Part shown: positions 28,402-38,989 of the stretch, piece by piece
Layout: the number at the start of each line of letters is the position of its first letter
Numbering within the stretch: position 1 is the stretch's first letter
Assembly: GCA_030603365.1 (NCBI GenBank)
Contig: JAUVXV010000003.1
Span: 224,001 to 288,000 of the forward strand
Length of the DNA stretch: 64,000 nucleotides
DNA from: Candidatus Heimdallarchaeota archaeon
GTDB lineage: Archaea; Asgardarchaeota; Heimdallarchaeia; Heimdallarchaeales; Heimdallarchaeaceae
Direction of reading: 5' to 3'
Program-made: the position numbers and the translations under genes
The notes under the pieces: generated by a model
Seen by the model: the letters and a program-made list of their open reading frames with translations, nothing else
Told to the model about the DNA's origin: nothing
Databases searched by the model: none

Positions 28402-28472
28402 TAGTTCTTATCTAATCTTTTTTTTCTCTTTTACCTTTTTATTTAAAAATACTATATCTCATTTGACTATAT

Positions 28473-29207
28473 ATGACTCAAGAAATACCTCTTTTCTTTG
28501 ATTTTGGAGGAACACTTGTTGACACATTAGAAGTGACACGTAGAGTTTTCAAAGAGGTTTTAGGAAAAGAATTCACATCTGACCAGATTAAAGCGATGTA
28601 TAAAGAAGCTTCTACTAAGAGACAAACTATGACACTCTTCTTCAAATTCCCAGTGAATCCAGTGAAATTAGCTCTAAAGCAGAAAAAAATAAGAAAAATG
28701 CAAAGGGATATGTTAATTGATACCATAGAATTGGATGAGAAAAGAAAAGAATATTTGTATAAAATAAAAAAACTTGATCCAAACCTAAGAATGTTTCTTG
28801 TAACTCAAAATCCGATGATGGAAAATGAAGAATATTCAAGGAACGCTATGAATAAATTATTTGGTGAAGATAATCCTTTTGACCAAATATTAGCTGGTGA
28901 GGACAAATTTCAACTTATTGTCCATAACATTGAACCTGATGTTCTTGCAAGGGGAGTACTAATAGGGGATCTACCTAATGACGTCTATGTGGCAGAGATG
29001 CTTAAAATTCCATGTTTTGGAGTAATGTGGGGGTATTCAGAGGAAGGAGAACTTGCTACACCTTTCATTGCAGATGAGTTTGAAGATTTAATAGATATGG
29101 TTCAAGATCATATTGATGATTTGAAAGAAGAAAAAGATGATGAAATTGAAGAAATCGAATTTGAAGACATAGATTTAGATTCTGAAGATTTTGAGCTCAT
29201 TGAGTAA
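28473..29207 (+). CDS. HAD-family hydrolase with acidic tail
   Basis: FDFGGTLVDT, IGDLPND, GVMWGY. Confidence 0.8.
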   Translation: MTQEIPLFFDFGGTLVDTLEVTRRVFKEVLGKEFTSDQIKAMYKEASTKRQTMTLFFKFPVNPVKLALKQKKIRKMQRDMLIDTIELDEKRKEYLYKIKKLDPNLRMFLVTQNPMMENEEYSRNAMNKLFGEDNPFDQILAGEDKFQLIVHNIEPDVLARGVLIGDLPNDVYVAEMLKIPCFGVMWGYSEEGELATPFIADEFEDLIDMVQDHIDDLKEEKDDEIEEIEFEDIDLDSEDFELIE

Positions 29208-29217
29208 AAATTTACTT

Positions 29218-29538
29218 CTAATCTAATTCTAAAATATAATTTCCTACTTCTTTAGCAACTTCAGGTATTTTTTCTTCACACCTTTTAATAATCTTTAAAG
29301 ACTGTTTTTCTGCATCTGAGATGAGTTTTTTGTATTTACTTGGATCTTTTGCTTCTTCTATCTTCTGTTTGAGAATTTCCCTAGCTTCATTCTTGGCTTT
29401 CTCTAAACGTCGTACTCTATCACTCTGAGCTTTTTCTATAAAAAAAGCAGCTTCATTCTTTGCGTTTTTAATTAGCTGTTCTGATTGTTGTTCAGCAATC
29501 TTTATTTGTTGAATTATGTCTTGTTCTTTTGATGACAA
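29218..29538 (-). CDS. atpH: A/V-type ATP synthase subunit H (G) peripheral stalk
   Basis: IQQIKIAEQQSEQLIKNAKNEA coiled coil; GGTGA RBS 5 nt before a TTG at 29538; lies in the ATPase cluster. Confidence 0.7.
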   Translation of the reverse strand: MSSKEQDIIQQIKIAEQQSEQLIKNAKNEAAFFIEKAQSDRVRRLEKAKNEAREILKQKIEEAKDPSKYKKLISDAEKQSLKIIKRCEEKIPEVAKEVGNYILELD

Positions 29539-30587
29539 ATATTTCACCAGATATTTCTTTTCTAACAAGTTATGTTAGAGGGCAACATGCTAAGCTTCTA
29601 TCTATAAATGACTTCGAGAACTTGGTAAATAAACCTTATGAAATCTTCGTTGATGACTTAAAGTCTTTTGAAATCGGGGAAATATTAAGATCTAATCCAT
29701 CATATAAATCTCATGAAATTGAACGTTTCTTAACTCGAAGATTATTGGATCAATATTCTTTTATTTTAAAAAATATCCCAAATTGGGGTAAGGAGCTAAT
29801 TGAAGCTTATACAACCAAATTTGAAGTTATGAATTTACAAAGAATTACTAGATATCTTTATTCCAAAGCTGATATTAATTTAAGAGAAGCTATTAACCTC
29901 AGAGCACAAGAGCTGTTAGGTAGAACATCATTCATTGCTAAGCTTCTTCAGTGTCAAGATTTAAGTGAATTATTTGACCAACTAAAAAAATCTGAATATA
30001 AGAATGAAATAGAAGTAGCTGAGAATATCTATGCAAATGTTGGCGATATCTGGCCTTTGGAATTTGCATTTGATACCTCTTATTTGAAACAAATGTTAAA
30101 TCAAGCTTCTAAACTACGTCGAAACCAAAGAGTAGGAGCTTTAAAATTTGTACACTACGAGCTTCTAACAGATCTACTACTTGTAATCCTAAAAGCTAAC
30201 TTTGTTGGAGCTGATATTAATGAAGCTTTAAAACTGATACCTATCCCTAACAACTTCCCTTTCAAAAGACAAATTTCAGAATTGATGGCTGAACCAGAAT
30301 TAAAGGCTAACTTGGACATACTTCGATCTTTTAAATCTGCTAAATTAACTTCAGGTATTGAAAGATACGAGAAAGATAAGATGTTTTTACATGTTGAAAT
30401 TGCTATTAGAGCAGAAGAACTAGAGTTTCTAAGAAGAGTATTTTATGAAGATTATGGTATTTTAAGTGTTTTAAGCTATCTCAAACAATATGAAACACAA
30501 ATAAAGGATTTGAACAAATTATTATATCTAAAAGAATATAAATTCCCTATCGAGAAGACTAGGGAACTGATTGTAAATCTTGTGTGA
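29532..30587 (+). CDS. atpC: A/V-type ATP synthase subunit C (V0 d-like)
   Basis: YVRGQHAKLLS..FENL N-terminus; FEVMNLQRITR; LSYLKQYETQIKDL C-terminus; ~350 aa. Confidence 0.85.
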   Translation: MTNISPDISFLTSYVRGQHAKLLSINDFENLVNKPYEIFVDDLKSFEIGEILRSNPSYKSHEIERFLTRRLLDQYSFILKNIPNWGKELIEAYTTKFEVMNLQRITRYLYSKADINLREAINLRAQELLGRTSFIAKLLQCQDLSELFDQLKKSEYKNEIEVAENIYANVGDIWPLEFAFDTSYLKQMLNQASKLRRNQRVGALKFVHYELLTDLLLVILKANFVGADINEALKLIPIPNNFPFKRQISELMAEPELKANLDILRSFKSAKLTSGIERYEKDKMFLHVEIAIRAEELEFLRRVFYEDYGILSVLSYLKQYETQIKDLNKLLYLKEYKFPIEKTRELIVNLV

Positions 30588-30590
30588 TTT

Positions 30591-31082
30591 TTAAACCGTA
30601 GGCACAGTTACTATATTCAGAAGTATGAATGCAATAAGTAATCCATATATTGCTAAAGCCTCACCTAAACCCAGATATATCAAGTTTGGAGTGAAAACTT
30701 CTGAGTTTGCTGTGATAGAACCAATGGCTGCAGGTTCTCCTTTTGCTAGAGTTATTGCTGCTCCTAAATTTGATACTACCATGATAAACATAGCTGCAAT
30801 GAAAATCCAACCATACTCTGGTTTAAAATCAGTCAGTTCAAATGTTCCATCAAGGTAAGGTTGTATCTTTGTATACATTACAAAGGCAATAAGCAATCCA
30901 TATATTGCTAATGCTTCTGCTAAAGCCAGATAGATTAGAATAAAGATATTCAACTTTTGTTTCTCGGCTACCGCTGCTGCTGCTGCTTGAACTCCCTTTG
31001 ATAAAGGTATTCCTGCACCTAATATTGTGAGCATTGTTCCTGCAATTCCTATGATTCCTAAAACATATCCTTCAACTGCCAT
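30591..31082 (-). CDS. atpK: A/V-type ATP synthase proteolipid subunit K (c), duplicated 4-TM form
   Basis: Two hairpins, each with (A/G)EALAIYGLLIAF. Confidence 0.93.
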   Translation of the reverse strand: MAVEGYVLGIIGIAGTMLTILGAGIPLSKGVQAAAAAVAEKQKLNIFILIYLALAEALAIYGLLIAFVMYTKIQPYLDGTFELTDFKPEYGWIFIAAMFIMVVSNLGAAITLAKGEPAAIGSITANSEVFTPNLIYLGLGEALAIYGLLIAFILLNIVTVPTV

Positions 31083-33126
31083 ATTTACTCAAATCCATTT
31101 TTTTATTGAATACGAAGATTGGTTTATGTTGTATACCACTTCCTTCGTAAAATTTACTAAAGAACTCATAAAAGTGTAATCTTAAAGTTTGAACGAATAC
31201 TAGTAACCCCTCTAATACCAACACAAAGATATTCCCTATTATCAGAATCAAGATTTTCAATCCTATGAAACCCACTTGTTCAGTTAATGCATTAATCACA
31301 CTAAGGAAAACTACATGTGCAACTAGCATTGCTAGCATTCTTCCATATGAAATTGTGTTACTAATAAATGTACTAAAAGATTCTAAAAGATGTATTACTC
31401 CCATCCCTATACCGCTTAAGAAATTACGCATAATGTTTTGCCTTTTTTTCTTAAAAAGGATACTTACAATTCCTTGTCCAAACAAGGTTAAACCAACGCC
31501 TACGGAAACAGATACAAGTCCGATTAGTACGAAACCTTCATTTTCTGGGTTTATTCCTAAATCTAGAATCCCAAGAGATGTTAGAAAATAGATGATTGCT
31601 GCATAAAGGAAAAATTGAGCTGTTGTATCTTTCAATAGTTCATCAAATTCTTTTTTTCTTATCTGATTGACAACTTTGAGCATCAACCCTAAAACAATGT
31701 GAATAGAACCAATAATTAGCGTTAGATTAAAGACTTGAACTAAATCACCTACAGGTTCTATAAAGGGATATTCCAATCCGAAAAGGTATACTGGATCATG
31801 ATGACCCGGTCCTGTAATTCCCAATAAATCTGTGATGTGAGCACCAAATGCTTCTCCAAAAATGAATCCCATAATAGATGACATAATTCCTATTATCATT
31901 ACAAGTAAGAACATTTGCCTAATACTCTTCTTCAACCCTCTTGCAAGCACACCCATTAAACCAATAATAAATAAAATCATTCCATGCCCCAGATCCCCAA
32001 ACATTATCCCGAAGAAAATGCTGAATGTGAAAATGAAGAAAATTGTTGGATCAACTTCATTGGATGAAGGAAGACCATATAAGCCTACAATCGATTGAAA
32101 TGATTTCGAAATAGGATTTTTTGCTTCTACAAAAGGAACGTTTTTTGTTTCTTCAGGAGATTCTCTTGTTACTAGAATTGTTTCAGGAAATTTACTGATT
32201 TCATTTTCAAGAACAGATAAGTCCCGTTGAGCTATCCATCCTTGAGTTATAACTGTTTTTAGTGTTCGTTTAGAAGAAATATAGAGCCTCAAGAAATGAC
32301 TATAGCTTTCTATTGATAATTTTAATGCTATGATAGTTTCCTTGTTTGTGATAGCAAATTGATTTAGTTCACTCTTAAGTTCTTTTATTTTATCTTCAAG
32401 ATGTTTACATTCTTTGACGATTTCGTTCTCAATTTCTGTTTTACTGAGGTGAATTGGACCTTCATGGTTATGTTCGAACCATCTTACATTTGATAGATTT
32501 TTAGTTAATCTTGTAATTTCTCCTTTTTTACCTTGAGCAAAAAGCATGTATCTGTTATATACAAGTGGAATAACCTCACTTCTAGTGATATCAGCTAAGA
32601 ATTCTTCTGCATCACTCTCCTTGGTAGTTGTTAAAATACCAACTATAGTTCTTTCATTTGAACCAATATCATAGGGATGCTCTTCTTCAATTAGTCTGAA
32701 CCCTTTAGCAATCAGTTGATTTAATTCTATTTCTTCTTTTTTCATCTCGTAATCTGATTTTAACTCCTCAACTCCTGTTTTTAGGTTACTAATTTGCTCT
32801 ACTAGGTTTTCTTCGATTTTCTCCAAATCCTCCCAATCCTCAAATAGAGGAGTGATTAAGGGTTGTTTCTTATATGCTCTTGCTATTTTTTGACCAAATT
32901 TCTCCTTTGGCTCAGGTATAAGTTCGATAAGATCCTTATATGCTGTTTCCATTGATCTAAGTTTTTCTAATCTAGATGCTGGATAAAAGTCTTCAACATT
33001 TTCTAATGTTATGCTCTCCTTAATCATTAATTTTTCAGTTTCTGCTAATTTTACTATGACTTTTGCAAAATCATCAATTGGTGTGATGATTGTAGCTTCT
33101 AACATTTTAGCTGGAAACAAACCCAT
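31072..33126 (-). CDS. atpI: A/V-type ATP synthase subunit I (a)
   Basis: YGLP..NEVDPT, FGIMFGDLGHG, SYGRMLA (essential Arg), LRLHFYEFFSKFYEG. Confidence 0.95.
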   Translation of the reverse strand: MGLFPAKMLEATIITPIDDFAKVIVKLAETEKLMIKESITLENVEDFYPASRLEKLRSMETAYKDLIELIPEPKEKFGQKIARAYKKQPLITPLFEDWEDLEKIEENLVEQISNLKTGVEELKSDYEMKKEEIELNQLIAKGFRLIEEEHPYDIGSNERTIVGILTTTKESDAEEFLADITRSEVIPLVYNRYMLFAQGKKGEITRLTKNLSNVRWFEHNHEGPIHLSKTEIENEIVKECKHLEDKIKELKSELNQFAITNKETIIALKLSIESYSHFLRLYISSKRTLKTVITQGWIAQRDLSVLENEISKFPETILVTRESPEETKNVPFVEAKNPISKSFQSIVGLYGLPSSNEVDPTIFFIFTFSIFFGIMFGDLGHGMILFIIGLMGVLARGLKKSIRQMFLLVMIIGIMSSIMGFIFGEAFGAHITDLLGITGPGHHDPVYLFGLEYPFIEPVGDLVQVFNLTLIIGSIHIVLGLMLKVVNQIRKKEFDELLKDTTAQFFLYAAIIYFLTSLGILDLGINPENEGFVLIGLVSVSVGVGLTLFGQGIVSILFKKKRQNIMRNFLSGIGMGVIHLLESFSTFISNTISYGRMLAMLVAHVVFLSVINALTEQVGFIGLKILILIIGNIFVLVLEGLLVFVQTLRLHFYEFFSKFYEGSGIQHKPIFVFNKKMDLSKYGS

Positions 33127-33134
33127 TTTATCAC

Positions 33135-33779
33135 CTATGTAAATATTAAGTCATTAATCCTTGTTCTGATTTTTTCTCTACTTGATTCTAACAAGTTTTC
33201 TATTGTATGGTTTATTCTAACTCTTTCTCTCGAATCTGTTAGTATGAAACCACCTTGTGTTTTCAAAGAAGTAGTGTTAATAATACAATCAATACCATCT
33301 TTCTTAGACATAGTTTTTACTATCTTACTAAAAACAGCTTCATCTTTTTTATCGATTAATATTTTTATTTGTTTTTCTCGCATATTTTTTACTGCTTTTA
33401 TTAAGGTAATTTCTAAATATTTTTCGTATTTTTTATTTTTTCTGATCAGACTTACTTCCTGTTCCACTATCTCAAATACTTCATCAATCAGCTTTTCTCT
33501 TGTTTGAATTATGATTTTTCTTGCTTCTTGTTGATGTTCAGTCTCAGTTCTTTTTTTTAGAAATTCAATTCGAGAAATCTCTTTATCTAGCTCTTTCTTT
33601 TTTATTTCTTCTACCAGTTTTTGTGTTTCTTTTTCTATTTCTTCTAGTCCTGATTTTGTCTCTTTTTGTATCTTCTTAATCTCGTTGTTAGCTTCTTTTT
33701 GAAGCTTATCTAACAATTTAGTAAGAGCTACGTTCTCGATTTTTCCTTCTGTATTTTTATTTAATCGAATTCTAATCAC
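33135..33779 (-). CDS. atpE: A/V-type ATP synthase subunit E
   Basis: Coiled-coil N-terminus, GGFIL...RINHTIE; start codon uncertain. Confidence 0.88.
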   Translation of the reverse strand: MIRIRLNKNTEGKIENVALTKLLDKLQKEANNEIKKIQKETKSGLEEIEKETQKLVEEIKKKELDKEISRIEFLKKRTETEHQQEARKIIIQTREKLIDEVFEIVEQEVSLIRKNKKYEKYLEITLIKAVKNMREKQIKILIDKKDEAVFSKIVKTMSKKDGIDCIINTTSLKTQGGFILTDSRERVRINHTIENLLESSREKIRTRINDLIFT

Positions 33780-33782
33780 CTA

Positions 33783-34211
33783 CTAAACTGGAAAGAGAAG
33801 AACTGGTATTTTTGATAATTCAATAACATATCGTACATGGTTCTTAATCAATCTCCTTGTTATTGTTTCTCTTCTTGTCCCCATTACTATGAAATCAGCT
33901 TCTTCTCTTTTTGATAATTCAATGATATTTTCAGATATTAAACCTTCAGTTATATCTGTTGTGATAAAAAGATGAGTGTCAGAAAAAACAGTTGTTAATT
34001 TCTCAAGAATGTTGTTATATTCTTGCTTGATTTCTTTAAGAATCTGATCTGGAGACCTTTCCCTAAAGACTGCTAAGTGCTCAAGATTTTGTTTATCGAT
34101 AACGTATAGTAAGTGGACTTCTGTAACCCAATCATCAAAGAATTCGATAAGCTGATTCACGAGCTTAGAGCCACTTTCAAAGTCACCTACTGCGACAAGA
34201 GCTTTTTTCAT
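33783..34211 (-). CDS. Universal stress protein (UspA family)
   Basis: KKALVAV, VHLLYVID, ADFIVMGTR, KIPVLLFP; GAGGTG RBS before ATG 34211. Confidence 0.88.
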   Translation of the reverse strand: MKKALVAVGDFESGSKLVNQLIEFFDDWVTEVHLLYVIDKQNLEHLAVFRERSPDQILKEIKQEYNNILEKLTTVFSDTHLFITTDITEGLISENIIELSKREEADFIVMGTRRETITRRLIKNHVRYVIELSKIPVLLFPV

Positions 34212-34212
34212 T

Positions 34213-34857
34213 TTAGACACCTCTTTTCTCTTTTTTCCTAGCTTCAATTTTTTGTTTCAATTTCTTAATTGTATAAATATTTTCTAAATCATAAGCTTCA
34301 AGAACGTCTTCAACATATTTTATTATGTTCTGGAATCTTACTCGATATATTTTATCCAAAGCATTTAGATTCAATTGAATAGATTGTAAGTTTTTAATTA
34401 TTCTATAAGCTAAATTTTCCAATTCTGCTAATTGAACAACTAGAGTAAATGATTCACGAAATCTTTTTGCAGTAACCCACAGTAAACTGGAAATACCAAA
34501 AAATCCATAGGAAGGTTCTGGAATGTGACTTATTTCTAAATCTTTAAAGGGAACACCCATATATTCTACATGCTTAGAGCTGATAGTTACTTCTTTAGGG
34601 ATTGTTTCACTAAAAACGTTGATCATATCTCTTCCTAATTCAGATTCTGTTTTAATATATTCAATATAAGCTTCACTCAGACTCTTTTCCATTTTCTCTC
34701 TCAAGGATATTGCTTCAGCTGTTATAATGTGTAATTTCATTAACAGTGCCTCATATTTTTCTCTGAGAAGATCATAGGCTCTTTCGACTAATTTTAACTT
34801 CTTTTTGTATTTGAGAAGATTGTCTTTGGTTGGAGAAATATTTACTGCTTCTCTCAT
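34213..34857 (-). CDS. atpD: A/V-type ATP synthase subunit D
   Basis: PTKDNLL..K..L...[18 protein letters not shown]. Confidence 0.92.
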   Translation of the reverse strand: MREAVNISPTKDNLLKYKKKLKLVERAYDLLREKYEALLMKLHIITAEAISLREKMEKSLSEAYIEYIKTESELGRDMINVFSETIPKEVTISSKHVEYMGVPFKDLEISHIPEPSYGFFGISSLLWVTAKRFRESFTLVVQLAELENLAYRIIKNLQSIQLNLNALDKIYRVRFQNIIKYVEDVLEAYDLENIYTIKKLKQKIEARKKEKRGV

Positions 34858-36248
34858 AGCATGTTCTCCTCCTTGCTTTTCATGAAAGTTTTAATCAAAT
34901 CTTCTGATACTTTAGTCAGTTCTGTTTCAGGTAGTTGTGAGAGAAGAGACCAACCAAGCTCAAGTGATTGCTCAATTGTTTTATGTTCATTTCCTTGATT
35001 TACAAAAACTTCCTCAAATTTGTCTGCGAAGCTTAGTAATACTTGATCTCGACGATTCAATTCTTTTCTACCAATAACTTCTGCAAGACTTCTTTTATCT
35101 AGTCCCTCTGCATAAGATGCATATAATTGGTCACTTAGTGAAGGGTGATCTTTTCTTGTAAACCCTTCTCCTATCCCGTCCTTCATCAATCTAGATAAAG
35201 ATCCTAGGACATCGATTGGTGGGTAGATTCCTCTGTTATGCATTGACCTATCTAAAATGATTTGTCCTTCTGTAATATATCCAGTCAAGTCAGGAATTGG
35301 GTGAGTTATATCGTCATTTGGCATTGTTAGATTTACTATCATTGTTATACTACCTTCAGAATCTTCAACAATTCCTGCTCTTTCGTAAATTGAAGCAAGA
35401 TCACTGTACATATATCCTGGAAAACCTTTTCTTGAAGGAACAGTTTCTAAAGCCACAGATATTTCTCTTAATGCTTGACAGTAATTTGTAATATCTGACA
35501 GTATAACCAATACATGATAATCCTTGTCAAATGCCAAATACTCAGCTGTAGTTAAAGCCATTCTTGGAGTAAGCAATCTCTCTGCTGCAGAATCACTTGC
35601 CAGGTTACTAAACATAATTACCTTGTTCAATGTTCCAGTTTCCTTGAAGAGTCTTTGAAAATAGATGTAATCGTCCATTGTCAAGCCCATTGCTCCAAAA
35701 ACGATTGCAAATTTCTCACTTCCATCTTGCTCAGTAATTTTTGCTTGTCTAACGATTTGACCAATAAGTTGATTATTTGGTAAACCTGCCCCTGTAAAAA
35801 TTGGTAATTTTTGTCCTCTTACCAAAGTATTCATGATGTCTATTGTTGATATACCAGTTTCAATGTAATTTTTAGGATAAATTCTTGAGGTTGGGTTGAT
35901 GGGAGTACCATTAACATCTCTATAATCATCAGAATAGATATTAGGTAACCCATCTAGAGGCTCTCCTAAAGAATTGAATATCCTTCCAATCATAGTTTCA
36001 GAAACGAATAACTGCATTGTACGACCATAGAACTCTGTTTCTATCTCATCCCTTTCTGTTTCATATGTACCTTGATAAAGCAGAATGATGACTTTTTCTT
36101 CTTCAATAGCTAACACTCTCCCTTTTCTAGACGGTTGATTTTCTAGATTTACTACAAGATATTCTCCCATTTGTATACCAGATACGCCTTCTACTACAAT
36201 GAGAGGTCCCTTGATTTCTGAAACACCTTTAACAGTTATTCTCGCCAT
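34854..36248 (-). CDS. atpB: A/V-type ATP synthase subunit B
   Basis: [52 protein letters not shown]. Confidence 0.97.
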   Translation of the reverse strand: MARITVKGVSEIKGPLIVVEGVSGIQMGEYLVVNLENQPSRKGRVLAIEEEKVIILLYQGTYETERDEIETEFYGRTMQLFVSETMIGRIFNSLGEPLDGLPNIYSDDYRDVNGTPINPTSRIYPKNYIETGISTIDIMNTLVRGQKLPIFTGAGLPNNQLIGQIVRQAKITEQDGSEKFAIVFGAMGLTMDDYIYFQRLFKETGTLNKVIMFSNLASDSAAERLLTPRMALTTAEYLAFDKDYHVLVILSDITNYCQALREISVALETVPSRKGFPGYMYSDLASIYERAGIVEDSEGSITMIVNLTMPNDDITHPIPDLTGYITEGQIILDRSMHNRGIYPPIDVLGSLSRLMKDGIGEGFTRKDHPSLSDQLYASYAEGLDKRSLAEVIGRKELNRRDQVLLSFADKFEEVFVNQGNEHKTIEQSLELGWSLLSQLPETELTKVSEDLIKTFMKSKEENML

Positions 36249-36251
36249 TTT

Positions 36252-38054
36252 TCACACCCTATACCCATATTTAGAACCCAGTTCCTCCATCTCAGAATGG
36301 ATATAATCTTCAATTTTATTAAGTTGCATCAGATTTTCATTTGGAACATCCTCTTTCATTCTCTTCAGAATTTGAACTGATTTTAATGAGTTGAGAAGAG
36401 AGATGGGGCATCCATTTTTTATCAGGATGTTAGCTCTGTTATAAAATAGCAAGATATGTTTCATCATCCTCATCTGTTTTTCAATAGGACAGAATGAATC
36501 TACTGGATGGAAAGCACTTTGTTGTAAAAATCCAGTTTTAATAATATCAGCAATAAGAAGAATGAGTTGCTCATCAGCAGGTAAAGCTTTCGATCCTATA
36601 AGTTCGACAATGTGTTGAAGCTCATTATCTTTTTGTAAAATCGTAAACAATTCTTGACGATAACGACCCCAGTCTTCTAAACCTGATTCTAAAGCCCATT
36701 CTTCAATAACTTCAATATAACCTGAGTAACTTGTAAACCAGTTTATTGAGGGAAAATGTTTTCTATTAGCTAAGGTAGGATCTAACCCCCAGAAGGTTTT
36801 AACAAATCGTTTGGTGTTCGCCGTTACTGGTTCGCTAAAATCTCCTCCAGCTGGTGAAACAGCTGCTGTTATATTTATTGTTCCTTCACGATAGGGAGAT
36901 CCAAGTGCTATTATTCTACCAGCTCTTTCATAGAAATTCGCCAAACGTGCCCCTAGGTAAGCAGGATAACCTTCTTCTACAGGCATTTCTTCTAATTGCC
37001 CAGAAATCTCACGAAGAGCTTCTGCCCATCTGGAAGTAGAATCAGCTGTAAGAAGAACATTAAACCCTTGATCTCTAAAATACTCAGCAATTGTGATACC
37101 CATATAAATAGAAGCTTCTCTCGCAGCTACAGGCATATTTGAGACATTCGCAATTAAAATTGTTCTTGCCATAAGAGGATTCTTTGTGTGGGGGTCCATT
37201 AATTTAGGAAATCCTATTAAGACATCTGTCATCTCATTTCCTCTTTCTCCACATCCAATATATATTACTACATCTGCATTGCTCCATTTTGACAGCTGGT
37301 GCATTAAAACTGTCTTTCCTGTTCCGAAACCCCCTGGTATGGCTGCAGTTCCTCCCTTTGTAATCGGAAAAAACATATCAATAATTCTTTGTCCTGTTAT
37401 TAATGGTTCTTGCACAGGCATTTTTCTCAGAAATGGTCTTGCTATTCTAACAGGCCATTCATGCATTAACTTTAATTCTTCCTTCCTATTATCTTGTTTT
37501 TTTATAACAGCGATAGGTTCTGTTACTGTATACTCGCCTTTATCCTGAATTTCTAACAGATGTCCATGGATGTATGGTGGTGCGATAATCATAGTTTCAA
37601 TTGATTCAGTTTCTTTAACTGAACCTATCTGATCTCCTCCTCTTATGATCTCACCTTGTTTAAGATCGGGATTTGGTACGAATGACCATTTCTTATTCCT
37701 ATCCAATGCGTTTGTTTGAATCCCTCTTTCTATGAATGCTGATTTTGTGATATCTTTGATTGTTTCCAGAGGTCTTTGAATGCCATCAAAAATATTAGCT
37801 AACAACCCAGGTCCTAATTCAGCTGATAGTGATTTTCCTGTTGGATAAATTGGATCATTTATCCTCAAGCCTTCTAATGGTTCATAGACTTGAATTGTGG
37901 CTATCTCTCGTTCTATTGCAATAATCTCTCCGATAAGCCTTTCTTCACCTACGAAAGTAATTTCTCCCATTCGATAAGAAGAAAGATTTTTTGCTTGAAC
38001 AGTTGAACCTTTTATTGAAACTATTCTAGCTCCTTCTTCTAATGTTTTACTCAT
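36252..38054 (-). CDS. atpA: A/V-type ATP synthase catalytic subunit A
   Basis: GGFGTGKT Walker A, GCGERGNE, MPVAAREAS, DSTSRWAEA, PAGGDFSEPV. Confidence 0.97.
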   Translation of the reverse strand: MSKTLEEGARIVSIKGSTVQAKNLSSYRMGEITFVGEERLIGEIIAIEREIATIQVYEPLEGLRINDPIYPTGKSLSAELGPGLLANIFDGIQRPLETIKDITKSAFIERGIQTNALDRNKKWSFVPNPDLKQGEIIRGGDQIGSVKETESIETMIIAPPYIHGHLLEIQDKGEYTVTEPIAVIKKQDNRKEELKLMHEWPVRIARPFLRKMPVQEPLITGQRIIDMFFPITKGGTAAIPGGFGTGKTVLMHQLSKWSNADVVIYIGCGERGNEMTDVLIGFPKLMDPHTKNPLMARTILIANVSNMPVAAREASIYMGITIAEYFRDQGFNVLLTADSTSRWAEALREISGQLEEMPVEEGYPAYLGARLANFYERAGRIIALGSPYREGTINITAAVSPAGGDFSEPVTANTKRFVKTFWGLDPTLANRKHFPSINWFTSYSGYIEVIEEWALESGLEDWGRYRQELFTILQKDNELQHIVELIGSKALPADEQLILLIADIIKTGFLQQSAFHPVDSFCPIEKQMRMMKHILLFYNRANILIKNGCPISLLNSLKSVQILKRMKEDVPNENLMQLNKIEDYIHSEMEELGSKYGYRV

Positions 38055-38130
38055 TACCGGAAACCCTTACTTATCTAATAAGTAGTTTATTGTCCGACAA
38101 TGCCATAACAGAAAGCTTTAATCGTATAAG

Positions 38131-38460
38131 GTGAAACCAAATATGATGCAAGAATCTGAGTTAACAACAAAAGCTTTTGTCATTGGAGCACGTGAAACAG
38201 TGCGTGGTTTTCAATTAATAGGTGTACCAGGAAAAGAAGTTTCAACACCATCAGAAGTTCTCGAAACATTGGATTATGCATTGAGGGAGGATTATGCATT
38301 CATTATAATTTCAGCTTCTGTAGCGTATGAGATTGAGGAACAACTAGAATCTATAAGACTGGACACCCCTACTCCAATCCTTATCGTTTCTGATTTTAAC
38401 TTTAAAGTTGATGTTAGAGAATTAGAAACAAAATTCAGAAAATTTATTGGTATTCACTGA
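38131..38460 (+). CDS. atpF: A/V-type ATP synthase subunit F
   Basis: VIGARETVRGFQLIGV, FIII, P.L pattern, RKFIG C-terminus. Confidence 0.88.
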   Translation: MKPNMMQESELTTKAFVIGARETVRGFQLIGVPGKEVSTPSEVLETLDYALREDYAFIIISASVAYEIEEQLESIRLDTPTPILIVSDFNFKVDVRELETKFRKFIGIH

Positions 38461-38980
38461 AAAAAACACTAAAAATCTCTTTGAAATTAGTAAAATCATT
38501 CTCAGTAAAAAGAACTATCTGTATTTGCTTGTAATTATGTTTTTTATTAAGAAGAAAATGGTTTATGCTCTCTACCATAATTTTAGCACATTTATCTAAT
38601 GGAAAACCCGCAATCCCTGTTCCTATTGCAGGAAAGGCTATTGATTCTAGTTTGTACTCTTTTCCAATAAGCAATGATTTTAAAATAGAACTTTTGAGAG
38701 AACGATCTGTTGTTTTGCTTCCTAAGTTCATAGATGCTGCATGAATAACATATTTTGCTTTAAGCATTCCTCCTGTTGTTATTGCAGCTTGTCCCAGTTC
38801 TATAGGTCCATGTTTTGAGCATTCTTCTTGAATTTGTGGTCCTCCTTTCTTTTTTATTACTCCTGCAACTCCAGCTCCAAGAATAAGTTTAGTATTAGCT
38901 GCATTTACAATAGCATCCACTGAGCAGTCTGTAATGTCTCCTTGAATCAAGGATACAACTGTTTCCTTTATTTTCCACAT
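38444..38980 (-). CDS. Macro domain (ADP-ribose binding / O-acetyl-ADP-ribose deacetylase)
   Basis: GDIT, DAIVNAAN, GAGVAG, VIHA, AFPAIGTGIAG. Confidence 0.93.
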   Translation of the reverse strand: MWKIKETVVSLIQGDITDCSVDAIVNAANTKLILGAGVAGVIKKKGGPQIQEECSKHGPIELGQAAITTGGMLKAKYVIHAASMNLGSKTTDRSLKSSILKSLLIGKEYKLESIAFPAIGTGIAGFPLDKCAKIMVESINHFLLNKKHNYKQIQIVLFTENDFTNFKEIFSVFFSEYQ

Positions 38981-38989
38981 GTGAAAACC

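Noticed and set aside
36252-38054. Intein in ATPase subunit A
   Set aside because: Length is normal (600 aa) and the sequence is continuous through the Walker A region.
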